Assembly (NCBI GenBank): GCA_964057225.1
Contig: OZ059900.1
Span: 25,172,001 to 25,236,000, forward strand
Origin: Auanema rhodensis
Taxonomy: Eukaryota; Animalia; Nematoda
Length of the DNA stretch: 64,000 nucleotides
Direction: 5' to 3'
The stretch's first letter is position 1. Every line of letters starts with the position of its first letter. Shown one piece after another: positions 35,911 through 49,400 of this stretch. A model generated the notes under the pieces. That model saw only the letters and a list, made by a program, of their open reading frames with translations. It made no database searches and was not told the DNA's origin. The translations under genes and the position numbers were made by a program.

Positions 35911-38304
35911 TTTTTTGTCGTGAAAGTGGAACTAGACGTTGTACGAACAATTTTGAGCTAGGTTTCATTGACATTGCATGAGTTTGAACACATGAAATCG
36001 TAAGTCAAAACCTTGTTTACAGCGAAATTTCCAAAAACTGGTTTTCCAGCATAATAAAATATTTCTCATGGGAAATACTGTGTTTTTGTATTTTTTTAGT
36101 GTTCAGCATGTAAAATGCGTCATTTTAGTATGTAAAACGCTGAAATTCGTTGCATTTGACGACTCATATGAACAAAAAGCGATTTAATCAATATTATCCA
36201 TAAGGGGCGTGCCCTCAGAATATGCTAATTTCCTTAATTTTCTAACCCCTGTTTTTTTGTCGTGAAAGTGGAACTAGACGTTGTACGAACAATTTTGAGC
36301 TAGGTTTCATTGACATTGCATGAGTTTGAACACATGAAATCGTAAGTCAAAACCTTGTTTACAGCGAAATTTCCAAAAACTGGTTTTCCAGCATAATAAA
36401 ATATTTCTCATGGGAAATACTGTGTTTTTGTATTTTTCTAGTGTTCAGCATGTAAAATGCTTCATTTTAGTATGTAAAACGCTGAAATTTGTTGCATTTG
36501 ACGACTCATATGAACAAAAAGCGAATTAATCAATATTAGCCATAAGGGGCGTGCCCTCAGAATATGCTAATTTCCTTAATTTTCTAACCCCTGTTTTTTT
36601 GTCGTGAAAGTGGAACTAGACGTTGTACGAACAATTTTGAGCTAGGTTTCATTGACATTGCATGAGTTTGAACACATGAAATCGTAAGTCAAAACCTTGT
36701 TTACAGCGAAATTTCCAAAAACTGGTTTTCCAGCATAATAAAATATTTCTCATGGGAAATACTGTGTTTTTCTATTTTTCTAGTGTTCAGCATGTAAAAT
36801 GCTTCATTTTAGTATGTAACACGCTGAAATTTGTTGCATTTGACGACTCATATGAACAAAAATCGATTTAATCAATATTAGCCATAAGGGGCGTGCCCTC
36901 AGAATATGCTAATTTCCTTAATTTTCTAACCCCTGTTTTTTTGTCGTGAAAGTGGAACTAGACGTTGTACGAACAATTTTGAGCTAGGTTTCATTGACAT
37001 TGCATGAGTTTGAACACATGCAATCGTAAGTCAAAACCTTGTTTACAGCGAAATTTCCAAAAACTGGTTTTCCAGCATAATAAAATATTTCTCATGGGAA
37101 ATACTGTGTTTTTGTATTTTTCTAGTGTTCAGCATGTAAAATGCTTCATTTTAGTATGTAACACGCTGAAATTTGTTGCATTTGACGACTCATATGAACA
37201 AAAAGCGAATTAATCAATATTAGCCATAAGGGGCGTGCCCTCAGAATATGCTAATTTCCTTAATTTTCTAACCCCTGTTTTTTTGTCGTGAAAGTGGAAC
37301 TAGACGTTGTACGAACAATTTTGAGCTAGGTTTCATTGACATTGCATGAGTTTGAACACATGAAATCGTAAGTCAAAACCTTGTTTACAGCGAAATTTCC
37401 AAAAACTGGTTTTCCAGCATAATAAAATATTTCTCATGGGAAATACTGTGTTTTTCTATTTTTCTAGTGTTCAGCATGTAAAATGCTTCATTTTAGTATG
37501 TAACACGCTGAAATTTGTTGCATTTGACGACTCATATGAACAAAAATCGATTTAATCAATATTAGCCATAAGGGGCGTGCCCTCAGAATATGCTAATTTC
37601 CTTAATTTTCTAACCCCTGTTTTTTTGTCGTGAAAGTGGAACTAGACGTTGTACGAACAATTTTGAGCTAGGTTTCATTGACATTGCATGAGTTTGAACA
37701 AATGAAATCGTAAGTCAAAACCTTGTTTACATCGAAATTTCCAAAAACTGGTTTTCCAGCATAATAAAATATTTCTCATGGGAAATACTGTGTTTTTGTA
37801 TTTTTTTAGTGTTCAGCATGTAAAATGCGTCATTTTAGTATGTAAAACGCTGAAATTCGTTGCATTTGACGACTCATATGAACAAAAATCGATTTTATCA
37901 ATATTAGCCATAAGGGGCGTGCCCTCAGAATATGCTAATTTCCTTAATTTTCTAACCCCTGTTTTTTTGTCGTGAAAGTGGAACTAGACGTTGTACGAAC
38001 AATTTTGAGCTAGGTTTCATTGACATTGCATGAGTTTGAACACATGCAATCGTAAGTCAAAACCTTGTTTACAGCGAAATTTCCAAAAACTGGTTTTCCA
38101 GCATAATAAAATATTTCTCATGGGAAATACTGTGTTTTTGTATTTTTCTAGTGTTCAGCATGTAAAATGCTTCATTTTAGTATGTAACACGCTGAAATTT
38201 GTTGCATTTGACGACTCATATGAACAAAAATCGATTTAATCAATATTAGCCATAAGGGGCGTGCCCTCAGAATATGCTAATTTCCTTAATTTTCTAACCC
38301 CTGT

Positions 38305-40356
38305 TTTTTTGTCGTGAAAGTGGAACTAGACGTTGTACGAACAATTTTGAGCTAGGTTTCATTGACATTGCATGAGTTTGAACAAATGAAATCGTAAGTC
38401 AAAACCTTGTTTACATCGAAATTTCCAAAAACTGGTTTTCCAGCATAATACAATATTTCTCATGGGAAATACTGTGTTTTTATATTTTTCTAGTGTTCAG
38501 CATGTAAAATGCTTCATTTTAGTATGTAACACGCTGAAATTCGTTGCATTTGACGACTCATATGAACAAAAATTGATTTAATCAATATTAGCCATAAGGG
38601 GCGTGCCCTCAGAATATGCTAATTTCCTTAATTTTCTAACCCCTGTTTTTTTGTCGTGAAAGTGGAACTAGACGTTGTACGAACAATTTTGAGCTAGGTT
38701 TCATTGACATTGCATGAGTTTGAACACATGCAATCGTAAGTCAAAACCTTGTTTACAGCGAAATTTCCAAAAACTGGTTTTCCAGCATAATAAAATATTT
38801 CTCATGGGAAAAACTGTGTTTTTGTATTTTTCTAGTGTTCAGCATGTGAAATGCTTTATTTTAATATGTAACACGCTGAAATTCGTTGCATTTGACGACT
38901 CATATGAACAAAAATCGATTTAATCAATATTAGCCATAAGGGGCGTGCCCTCAGAATATGCTAATTTCCTTAATTTTCTAACCCCTGTTTTTTTGTCGTG
39001 AAAGTGGAACTAGACGTTGTACGAACAATTTTGAGCTAAGTTTCATTGACATTGCATGAGTTTGAACACATGAAATCGTAAGTCAAAACCTTGTTTACAT
39101 CGAAATTTCCAAAAACTGGTTTTCCAGCATAATAAAATATTTCTCATGAGAAATACTGTGTTTTTGTATTTTGTTAATGTTCAGCATACAAAATGCTTCA
39201 TTTTGATATGTAAAACGCTGAAATTCGTTGCATTTGACGACTCATATGAACAAAAATCGATTTAATCAATATTAGCCATAAGGGGCGTGCCCTCAGAATA
39301 TGCTAATTTCCTTAATTTTCTAACCCCTGTTTTTTTGTCGTGAAAGTGGAACTAGACGTTGTACGAACAATTTTGAGCTAGGTTTCATTGACATTGCATG
39401 AGTTTGAACAAATGAAATCGTAAGTCAAAACCTTGTTTACATCGAAATTTCCAAAAACTGGTTTTCCAGCATAATACAATATTTCTCATGGGAAATACTG
39501 TGTTTTTATATTTTTCTAGTGTTCAGCATGTAAAATGCTTCATTTTAGTATGTAACACGCTGAAATTCGTTGCATTTGACGACTCATATGAACAAAAATT
39601 GATTTAATCAATATTAGCCATAAGGGGCGTGCCCTCAGAATATGCTAATTTCCTTAATTTTCTAACCCCTGTTTTTTTGTCGTGAAAGTGGAACTAGACG
39701 TTGTACGAACAATTTTGAGCTAGGTTTCATTGACATTGCATGAGTTTGAACACATGCAATCGTAAGTCAAAACCTTGTTTACAGCGAAATTTCCAAAAAC
39801 TGGTTTTCCAGCATAATAAAATATTTCTCATGGGAAAAACTGTGTTTTTGTATTTTTCTAGTGTTCAGCATGTAAAATGCTTTATTTTAATATGTAACAC
39901 GCTGAAATTCGTTGCATTTGACGACTCATATGAACAAAAATCGATTTAATCAATATTAGCCATAAGGGGCGTGCCCTCAGAATATGCTAATTTCCTTAAT
40001 TTTCTAACCCCTGTTTTTTTGTCGTGAAAGTGGAACTAGACGTTGTACGAACAATTTTGAGCTAAGTTTCATTGACATTGCATGAGTTTGAACACATGAA
40101 ATCGTAAGTCAAAACCTTGTTTACATCGAAATTTCCAAAAACTGGTTTTCCAGCATAATAAAATATTTCTCATGAGAAATACTGTGTTTTTGTATTTTGT
40201 TAATGTTCAGCATACAAAATGCTTCATTTTGATATGTAAAACGCTGAAATTCGTTGCATTTGACGACTCATATGAACAAAAATCGATTTTATCAATATTA
40301 GCCATAAGGGGCGTGCCCTCAGAATATGCTAATTTCCTTAATTTTCTAACCCCTGT
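38305..40356. repeat. Local 3-mer duplication (1026 bp) x2 of more divergent monomers
   Basis: The GCTAAG/CATGAG/TTGTTAAT/CATACA monomer is at 38989 and 40015, with partners at 38305/39331 and 38647/39673. Confidence 0.9.
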
Positions 40357-41382
40357 TTTTTTGTCGTGAAAGTGGAACTAGACGTTGTACGAACAATTTT
40401 GAGCTAGGTTTCATTGACATTGCATGAGTTTGAACACATGAAATCGTAAGTCAAAACCTTGTTTACAGCGAAATTTCCAAAAACTGGTTTTCCAGCATAA
40501 TAAAATATTTCTCATGGGAAATACTGTGTTTTTGTATTTTTCTAGTGTTCAGCATGTAAAATGCTTCATTTTAGTATGTAACACGCTGAAATTCGTTGCA
40601 TTTGACGACTCATATGAACAAAAATCGATTTAATCAATATTAGCCATAAGGGGCGTGCCCTCAGAATATGCTAATTTCCTTAATTTTCTAACCCCTGTTT
40701 TTTTGTCGTGAAAGTGGAACTAGACGTTGTACGAACAATTTTGAGCTAGGTTTCATTGACATTGCATGAGTTTGAACACATGAAATCGTAAGTCAAAACC
40801 TTGTTTACAGCGAAATTTCCAAAAACTGGTTTTCCAGCATAATAAAATATTTCTCATGGGAAATACTGTGTTTTTGTATTTTTCTAGTGTTCAGCATGTA
40901 AAATGCTTCATTTTAGTATGTAACACGCTGAAATTCGTTGCATTTGACGACTCATATGAACAAAAATCGATTTAATCAATATTAGCCATAAGGGGCGTGC
41001 CCTCAGAATATGCTAATTTCCTTAATTTTCTAACCCCTGTTTTTTTGTCGTGAAAGTGGAACTAGACGTTGTACGAACAATTTTGATCTAGGTTTCATTG
41101 ACATTGCATGAGTTTGAACACATGAAATCGTAAGTCAAAACCTTGTTTACAGCGAAATTTCCAAAAACTGGTTTTCCAGCATAATAAAATGTTTCTCATG
41201 GGAAATACTGTGTTTTTGTATTTTTCTAGTGTTCAGCATGTAAAATGCTTCATTTTAGTATGTAACACGCTGAAATTCGTTGCATTTGACGACTCATATG
41301 AACAAAAATCGATTTAATCAGTATTAGCCATAAGGGGCGTGCCCTCAGAATATGCTAATTTCCTTAATTTTCTAACCCCTGT

Positions 41383-43435
41383 TTTTTTGTCGTGAAAGTG
41401 GAACTAGACGTTGTACGAACAATTTTGAGCTAGGTTTCATTGACATTGCATGAGTTTGAACACATGAAATCGTAAGTCAAAACCTTGTTTACAGCGAAAT
41501 TTCCAAAAACTGGTTTTCCAGCATAATAAAATATTTCTCATGGGAAATACTGTGTTTTTGTATTTTTTTAGTGTTCAGCATGTAAAATGCGTCATTTTAG
41601 TATGTAAAACGCTGAAATTCGTTGCATTTGACGACTCATATGAACAAAAATCGATTTTATCAATATTAGCCATAAGGGGCGTGCCCTCAGAATATGCTAA
41701 TTTCCTTAATTTTCTAACCCCTGTTTTTTTGTCGTGAAAGTGGAACTAGACGTTGTACGAACAATTTTGAGCTAGGTTTCATTGACATTGCATGAGTTTG
41801 AACACATGAAATCGTAAGTCAAAACCTTGTTTACAGCGAAATTTCCAAAAATAGGTTTTCCAGCATAATACAATATTTCTCATGGGAAATACTGTGTTTT
41901 TGTATTTTTCTAGTGTTCAGAATGTAGAATGCTTCATTTTAGTATGTAACACGCTGAAATTCGTTGCATTTGACGACTCATATGAACAAAAATCGATTTA
42001 ATCAATATTAGCCATAAGGAGCGTGCCCTCAGAATATGCTAATTTCCTTAATTTTTTAACCCCTGTCTTTTTGTCGTGAAAGTGGAACTAGACGTTGTAC
42101 GAACAATTTTGAGCTAGGTTTCATTGACATTGCATGAGTTTGAACACATGAAATCGTAAGTCAAAACCTTGTTTACAGCGAAATTTCCAAAAACTGGTTT
42201 TCCAGCATAATAAAATATTTCTCATGGGAAATACTGTGTTTTTGTATTTTTTTAGTGTTCAGCATGTAAAATGCGTCATTTTAGTATGTAAAACGCTGAA
42301 ATTCGTTGCATTTGACGACTCATATGAACAAAAAGCGATTTAATCAATATTAGCCATAAGGGGCGTGCCCTCAGAATATGCTAATTTCCTTAATTTTCTA
42401 ACCCCTGTTTTTTTGTCGTGAAAGTGGAACTAGACGTTGTACGAACAATTTTGAGCTAGGTTTCATTGACATTGCATGAGTTTGAACACATGAAATCGTA
42501 AGTCAAAACCTTGTTTACAGCGAAATTTCCAAAAACTGGTTTTCCAGCATAATAAAATATTTCTCATGGGAAATACTGTGTTTTTGTATTTTTTTAGTGT
42601 TCAGCATGTAAAATGCGTCATTTTAGTATGTAAAACGCTGAAATTCGTTGCATTTGACGACTCATATGAACAAAAATCGATTTTATCAATATTAGCCATA
42701 AGGGGCGTGCCCTCAGAATATGCTAATTTCCTTAATTTTCTAACCCCTGTTTTTTTGTCGTGAAAGTGGAACTAGACGTTGTACGAACAATTTTGAGCTA
42801 GGTTTCATTGACATTGCATGAGTTTGAACACATGAAATCGTAAGTCAAAACCTTGTTTACAGCGAAATTTCCAAAAATAGGTTTTCCAGCATAATACAAT
42901 ATTTCTCATGGGAAATACTGTGTTTTTGTATTTTTCTAGTGTTCAGAATGTAGAATGCTTCATTTTAGTATGTAACACGCTGAAATTCGTTGCATTTGAC
43001 GACTCATATGAACAAAAATCGATTTAATCAATATTAGCCATAAGGAGCGTGCCCTCAGAATATGCTAATTTCCTTAATTTTCTAACCCCTGTCTTTTTGT
43101 CGTGAAAGTGGAACTAGACGTTGTACGAACAATTTTGAGCTAGGTTTCATTGACATTGCATGAGTTTGAACACATGAAATCGTAAGTCAAAACCTTGTTT
43201 ACAGCGAAATTTCCCAAAAACTGGTTTTCCAGCATAATAAAATATTTCTCATGGGAAATACTGTGTTTTTGTATTTTTTTAGTGTTCAGCATGTAAAATG
43301 CGTCATTTTAGTATGTAAAACGCTGAAATTCGTTGCATTTGACGACTCATATGAACAAAAAGCGATTTAATCAATATTAGCCATAAGGGGCGTGCCCTCA
43401 GAATATGCTAATTTCCTTAATTTTCTAACCCCTGT
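41383..43435. repeat. Local 3-mer duplication (1026 bp) x2
   Basis: The AAATAGG/GGAGC monomer is at 41725 and 42751 with matching flanking types; ORFs at 41540 and 42566. Confidence 0.85.
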
Positions 43436-46400
43436 TTTTTTGTCGTGAAAGTGGAACTAGACGTTGTACGAACAATTTTGAGCTAGGTTTCATTGACATT
43501 GCATGAGTTTGAACACATGAAATCGTAAGTCAAAACCTTGTTTACAGCGAAATTTCCAAAAACTGGTTTTCCAGCATAATAAAATATTTCTCATGGGAAA
43601 TACTGTGTTTTTGTATTTTTTTAGTGTTCAGCATGTAAAATGCGTCATTTTAGTATGTAAAACGCTGAAATTCGTTGCATTTGACGACTCATATGAACAA
43701 AAAGCGATTTAATCAATATTAGCCATAAGGGGCGTGCCCTCAGAATATGCTAATTTCCTTAATTTTCTAACCCCTGTTTTTTTGTCGTGAAAGTGGAACT
43801 AGACGTTGTACGAACAATTTTGAGCTAGGTTTCATTGACATTGCATGAGTTTGAACACATGCAATCGTAAGTCAAAACCTTGTTTACAGCGAAATTTCCA
43901 AAAACTGGTTTTCCAGCATAATAAAATATTTCTCATGGGAAATACTGTGTTTTTGTATTTTTCTAGTGTTCAGCATGTAAAATGCTTCATTTTAGTATGT
44001 AACACGCTGAAATTTGTTGCATTTGACGACTCATATGAACAAAAATCGATTTAATCAATATTAGCCATAAGGGGCGTGCCCTCAGAATATGCTAATTTCC
44101 TTAATTTTCTAACCCCTGTTTTTTTGTCGTGAAAGTGGAACTAGACGTTGTACGAACAATTTTGAGCTAGGTTTCATTGACATTGCATAAGTTTGAACAC
44201 ATGCAATCGTAAGTCAAAACCTTGTTTACAGCGAAATTTCCAAAAACTGGTTTTCCAGCATAATAAAATATTTCTCATGGGAAATACTGTGTTTTTGTAT
44301 TTTTCTAGTGTTCAGCATGTAAAATGCTTCATTTTAGTATGTAACACGCTGAAATTTGTTGCATTTGACGACTCATATGAACAAAAATCGATTTAATCAA
44401 TATTAGCCATAAGGGGCGTGCCCTCAGAATATGCTAATTTCCTTAATTTTCTAACCCCTGTTTTTTTGTCGTGAAAGTGGAACTAGACGTTGTACGAACA
44501 ATTTTGAGCTAGGTTTCATTGACATTGCATGAGTTTGAACAAATGAAATCGTAAGTCAAAACCTTGTTTACATCGAAATTTCCAAAAACTGGTTTTCCAG
44601 CATAATAAAATATTTCTCATGGGAAAAACTGTGTTTTTGTATTTTTCTAGTGTTCAGCATGTAAAATGCTTTATTTTAATATGTAACACGCTGAAATTCG
44701 TTGCATTTGACGACTCATATGAACAAAAATCGATTTAATCAATATTAGCCATAAGGGGCGTGCCCTCAGAATATGCTAATTTCCTTAATTTTCTAACCCC
44801 TGTTTTTTTGTCGTGAAAGTGGAACTAGACGTTGTACGAACAATTTTGAGCTAAGTTTCATTGACATTGCATGAGTTTGAACACATGAAATCGTAAGTCA
44901 AAACCTTGTTTACATCGAAATTTCCAAAAACTGGTTTTCCAGCATAATAAAATATTTCTCATGAGAAATACTGTGTTTTTGTATTTTTTTAATGTTCAGC
45001 ATGTAAAATGCTTCATTTTGATATGTAAAACGCTGAAATTCGTTGCATTTGACGACTCATATGAACAAAAATCGATTTTATCAATATTAGCCATAAGGGG
45101 CGTGCCCTCAGAATATGCTAATTTCCTTAATTTTCTAACCCCTGTTTTTTTGTCGTGAAAGTGGAACTAGACGTTGTACGAACAATTTTGAGCTAGGTTT
45201 CATTGACATTGCATGAGTTTGAACACATGAAATCGTAAGTCAAAACCTTGTTTACAGCGAAATTTCCAAAAACTGGTTTTCCAGCATAATAAAATATTTC
45301 TCATGGGAAATACTGTGTTTTTGTATTTTTTTAGTGTTCAGCATGTAAAATGCTTTATTTTAATATGTAACACGCTGAAATTCGTTGCATTTGACGACTC
45401 ATATGAACAAAAATCGATTTAATCAATATTAGCCATAAGGGGCGTGCCCTCAGAATATGCTAATTTCCTTAATTTTCTAACCCCTGTTTTTTTGTCGTGA
45501 AAGTGGAACTAGACGTTGTACGAACAATTTTGAGCTAGGTTTCATTGACATTGCATGAGTTTGAACACATGAAATCGTAAGTCAAAACCTTGTTTACAGC
45601 GAAATTTCCAAAAACAGGTTTTCCAGCATAATACAATATTTCTCATGGGAAATACTGTGTTTTTGTATTTTTCTAGTGTTCAGAATGTAGAATGCTTCAT
45701 TTTAGTATGTAACACGCTGAAATTCGTTGCATTTGACGACTCATATGAACAAAAATCGATTTTATCAATATTAGCCATAAGGGGCGTGCCCTCAGAATAT
45801 GCTAATTTCCTTAATTTTCTAACCCCTGTTTTTTTGTCGTGAAAGTGGAACTAGACGTTGTACGAACAATTTTGAGCTAGGTTTCATTGACATTGCATGA
45901 GTTTGAACACATGAAATCGTAAGTCAAAACCTTGTTTACAGCGAAATTTCCAAAAACTGGTTTTCCAGCATAATAAAATATTTCTCATGGGAAATACTGT
46001 GTTTTTGTATTTTTTTAGTGTTCAGCATGTAAAATGCGTCATTTTAGTATGTAAAACGCTGAAATTCGTTGCATTTGACGACTCATATGAACAAAAAGCG
46101 ATTTAATCAATATTAGCCATAAGGGGCGTGCCCTCAGAATATGCTAATTTCCTTAATTTTCTAACCCCTGTTTTTTTGTCGTGAAAGTGGAACTAGACGT
46201 TGTACGAACAATTTTGAGCTAGGTTTCATTGACATTGCATGAGTTTGAACACATGCAATCGTAAGTCAAAACCTTGTTTACAGCGAAATTTCCAAAAACT
46301 GGTTTTCCAGCATAATAAAATATTTCTCATGGGAAATACTGTGTTTTTGTATTTTTCTAGTGTTCAGCATGTAAAATGCTTCATTTTAGTATGTAACACG

Positions 46401-49400
46401 CTGAAATTTGTTGCATTTGACGACTCATATGAACAAAAATCGATTTAATCAATATTAGCCATAAGGGGCGTGCCCTCAGAATATGCTAATTTCCTTAATT
46501 TTCTAACCCCTGTTTTTTTGTCGTGAAAGTGGAACTAGACGTTGTACGAACAATTTTGAGCTAGGTTTCATTGACATTGCATGAGTTTGAACAAATGAAA
46601 TCGTAAGTCAAAACCTTGTTTACATCGAAATTTCCAAAAACTGGTTTTCCAGCATAATAAAATATTTCTCATGGGAAATACTGTGTTTTTGTATTTTTTT
46701 AGTGTTCAGCATGTAAAATGCGTCATTTTAGTATGTAAAACGCTGAAATTCGTTGCATTTGACGACTCATATGAACAAAAATCGATTTAATCAATATTAG
46801 CCATAAGGGGCGTGCCCTCAGAATATGCTAATTTCCTTAATTTTCTAACCCCTGTTTTTTTGTCGTGAAAGTGGAACTAGACGTTGTACGAACAATTTTG
46901 AGCTAGGTTTCATTGACATTGCATGAGTTTGAACACATGCAATCGTAAGTCAAAACCTTGTTTACAGCGAAATTTCCAAAAACTGGTTTTCCAGCATAAT
47001 AAAATATTTCTCATGGGAAATACTGTGTTTTTGTATTTTTCTAGTGTTCAGCATGTAAAATGGTTCATTTTAGTATGTAACACGCTGAAATTTGTTGCAT
47101 TTGACGACTCATATGAACAAAAATCGATTTAATCAATATTAGCCATAAGGGGCGTGCCCTCAGAATATGCTAATTTCCTTAATTTTCTAACCCCTGTTTT
47201 TTTGTCGTGAAAGTGGAACTAGACGTTGTACGAACAATTTTGAGCTAGGTTTCATTGACATTGCATGAGTTTGAACACATGAAATCGTAAGTCAAAACCT
47301 TGTTTACAGCGAAATTTCCAAAAACTGGTTTTCCAGCATAATAAAATATTTCTCATGGGAAAAACTGTGTTTTTGTATTTTTCTAGTGTTCAGCATGTAA
47401 AATGCTTCATTTTAGTATGTAACACGCTGAAATTCGTTGCATTTGACGACTCATATGAACAAAAATCGATTTAATCAATATTAGCCATAAGGGGCGTGCC
47501 CTCAGAATATGCTAATTTCCTTAATTTTCTAACCCCTGTTTTTTTGTCGTGAAAGTGGAACTAGACGATGTACGAACAATTTTGAGCTAGGTTTCATTGA
47601 CATTGCATAAGTTTGAACACATGCAATCGTAAGTCAAAACCTTGTTTACAGCGAAATTTCCAAAAACTGGTTTTCCAGCATAATAAAATATTTCTCATGG
47701 GAAATACTGTGTTTTTGTATTTTTTTAGTGTTCAGCATGTAAAATGCTTCATTTTGATGTGTAAAACGCTGAAATTCGTTGCATTTGACGACTCATATGA
47801 ACAAAAATCGATTTTATCAATATTAGCCATAAGGGGCGTGCCCTCAGAATATGCTAATTTCCTTAATTTTCTAACCCCTGTTTTTTTGTCGTGAAAGTGG
47901 AACTAGACGTTGTACGAACAATTTTGAGCTAGGTTTCATTGACATTGCATAAGTTTGAACACATGCAATCGTAAGTCAAAACCTTGTTTACAGCGAAATT
48001 TCCAAAAACTGGTTTTCCAGCATAATAAAATATTTCTCATGGGAAATACTGTGTTTTTGTATTTTTCTAGTGTTCAGCATGTAAAATGCTTCATTTTAGT
48101 ATGTAACACGCTGAAATTTGTTGCATTTGACGACTCATATGAACAAAAATCGATTTAATCAATATTAGCCATAAGGGGCGTGCCCTCAGAATATGCTAAT
48201 TTCCTTAATTTTCTAACCCCTGTTTTTTTGTCGTGAAAGTGGAACTAGACGTTGTACGAACAATTTTGAGCTAGGTTTCATTGACATTGCATGAGTTTGA
48301 ACAAATGAAATCGTAAGTCAAAACCTTGTTCACAGCGAAATTTCCAAAAACTGGTTTTCCAGCATAAAAAAATATTTCTCATGGGAAATACTGTGTTTTT
48401 GTATTTTTTTAATGTTCAGCATGTAAAATGCTTCATTTTGATATGTAAAACGCTGAAATTCGTTGCATTTGACGACTCATATGAACAAAAATCGATTTTA
48501 TCAATATTAGCCATAAGGGGCGTGCCCTCAGAATATGCTAATTTCCTTAATTTTCTAACCCCTGTTTTTTTGTCGTGAAAGTGGAACTAGACGTTGTACG
48601 AACAATTTTGAGCTAGGTTTCATTGACATTGCATGAGTTTGAACACATGAAATCGTAAGTCAAAACCTTGTTTACAGCGAAATTTCCAAAAAATTGGTTT
48701 TCCAGCATAATACAATATTTCTCATGGGAAATACTGTGTTTTTGTATTTTTCTAGTGTTCAGAATGTAGAATGCTTCATTTTAGTATGTAACACGCTGAA
48801 AGTCGTTGCATTTGACGACTCATATGAACAAAAATCGATTTAATCAATATTAGCCATAAGGAGCGTGCCCTCAGAATATACTAATTTCCTTAATTTTCTA
48901 ACCCTTGTTTTTTTGTCGTGAAAGTGGAACTAGACGTTGTACGAACAATTTTGAGCTAGGTTTCATTGACATTGCATGAGTTTGAACACATGAAATCGTA
49001 AGTCAAAACCTTGTTTACAGCGAAATTTCCAAAAACTGGTTTTCCAGCATAATAAAATATTTCTCATGGGAAATACTGTGTTTTTGTATTTTTTTAGTGT
49101 TCAGCATGTAAAATGCGTCATTTTAGTATGTAAAACGCTGAAATTCGTTGCATTTGACGACTCATATGAACAAAAAGCGATTTAATCAATATTAGCCATA
49201 AGGGGCGTGCCCTCAGAATATGCTAATTTCCTTAATTTTCTAACCCCTGTTTTTTTGTCGTGAAAGTGGAACTAGACGTTGTACGAACAATTTTGAGCTA
49301 GGTTTCATTGACATTGCATGAGTTTGAACACATGAAATCGTAAGTCAAAACCTTGTTTACAGCGAAATTTCCAAAAACTGGTTTTCCAGCATAATAAAAT

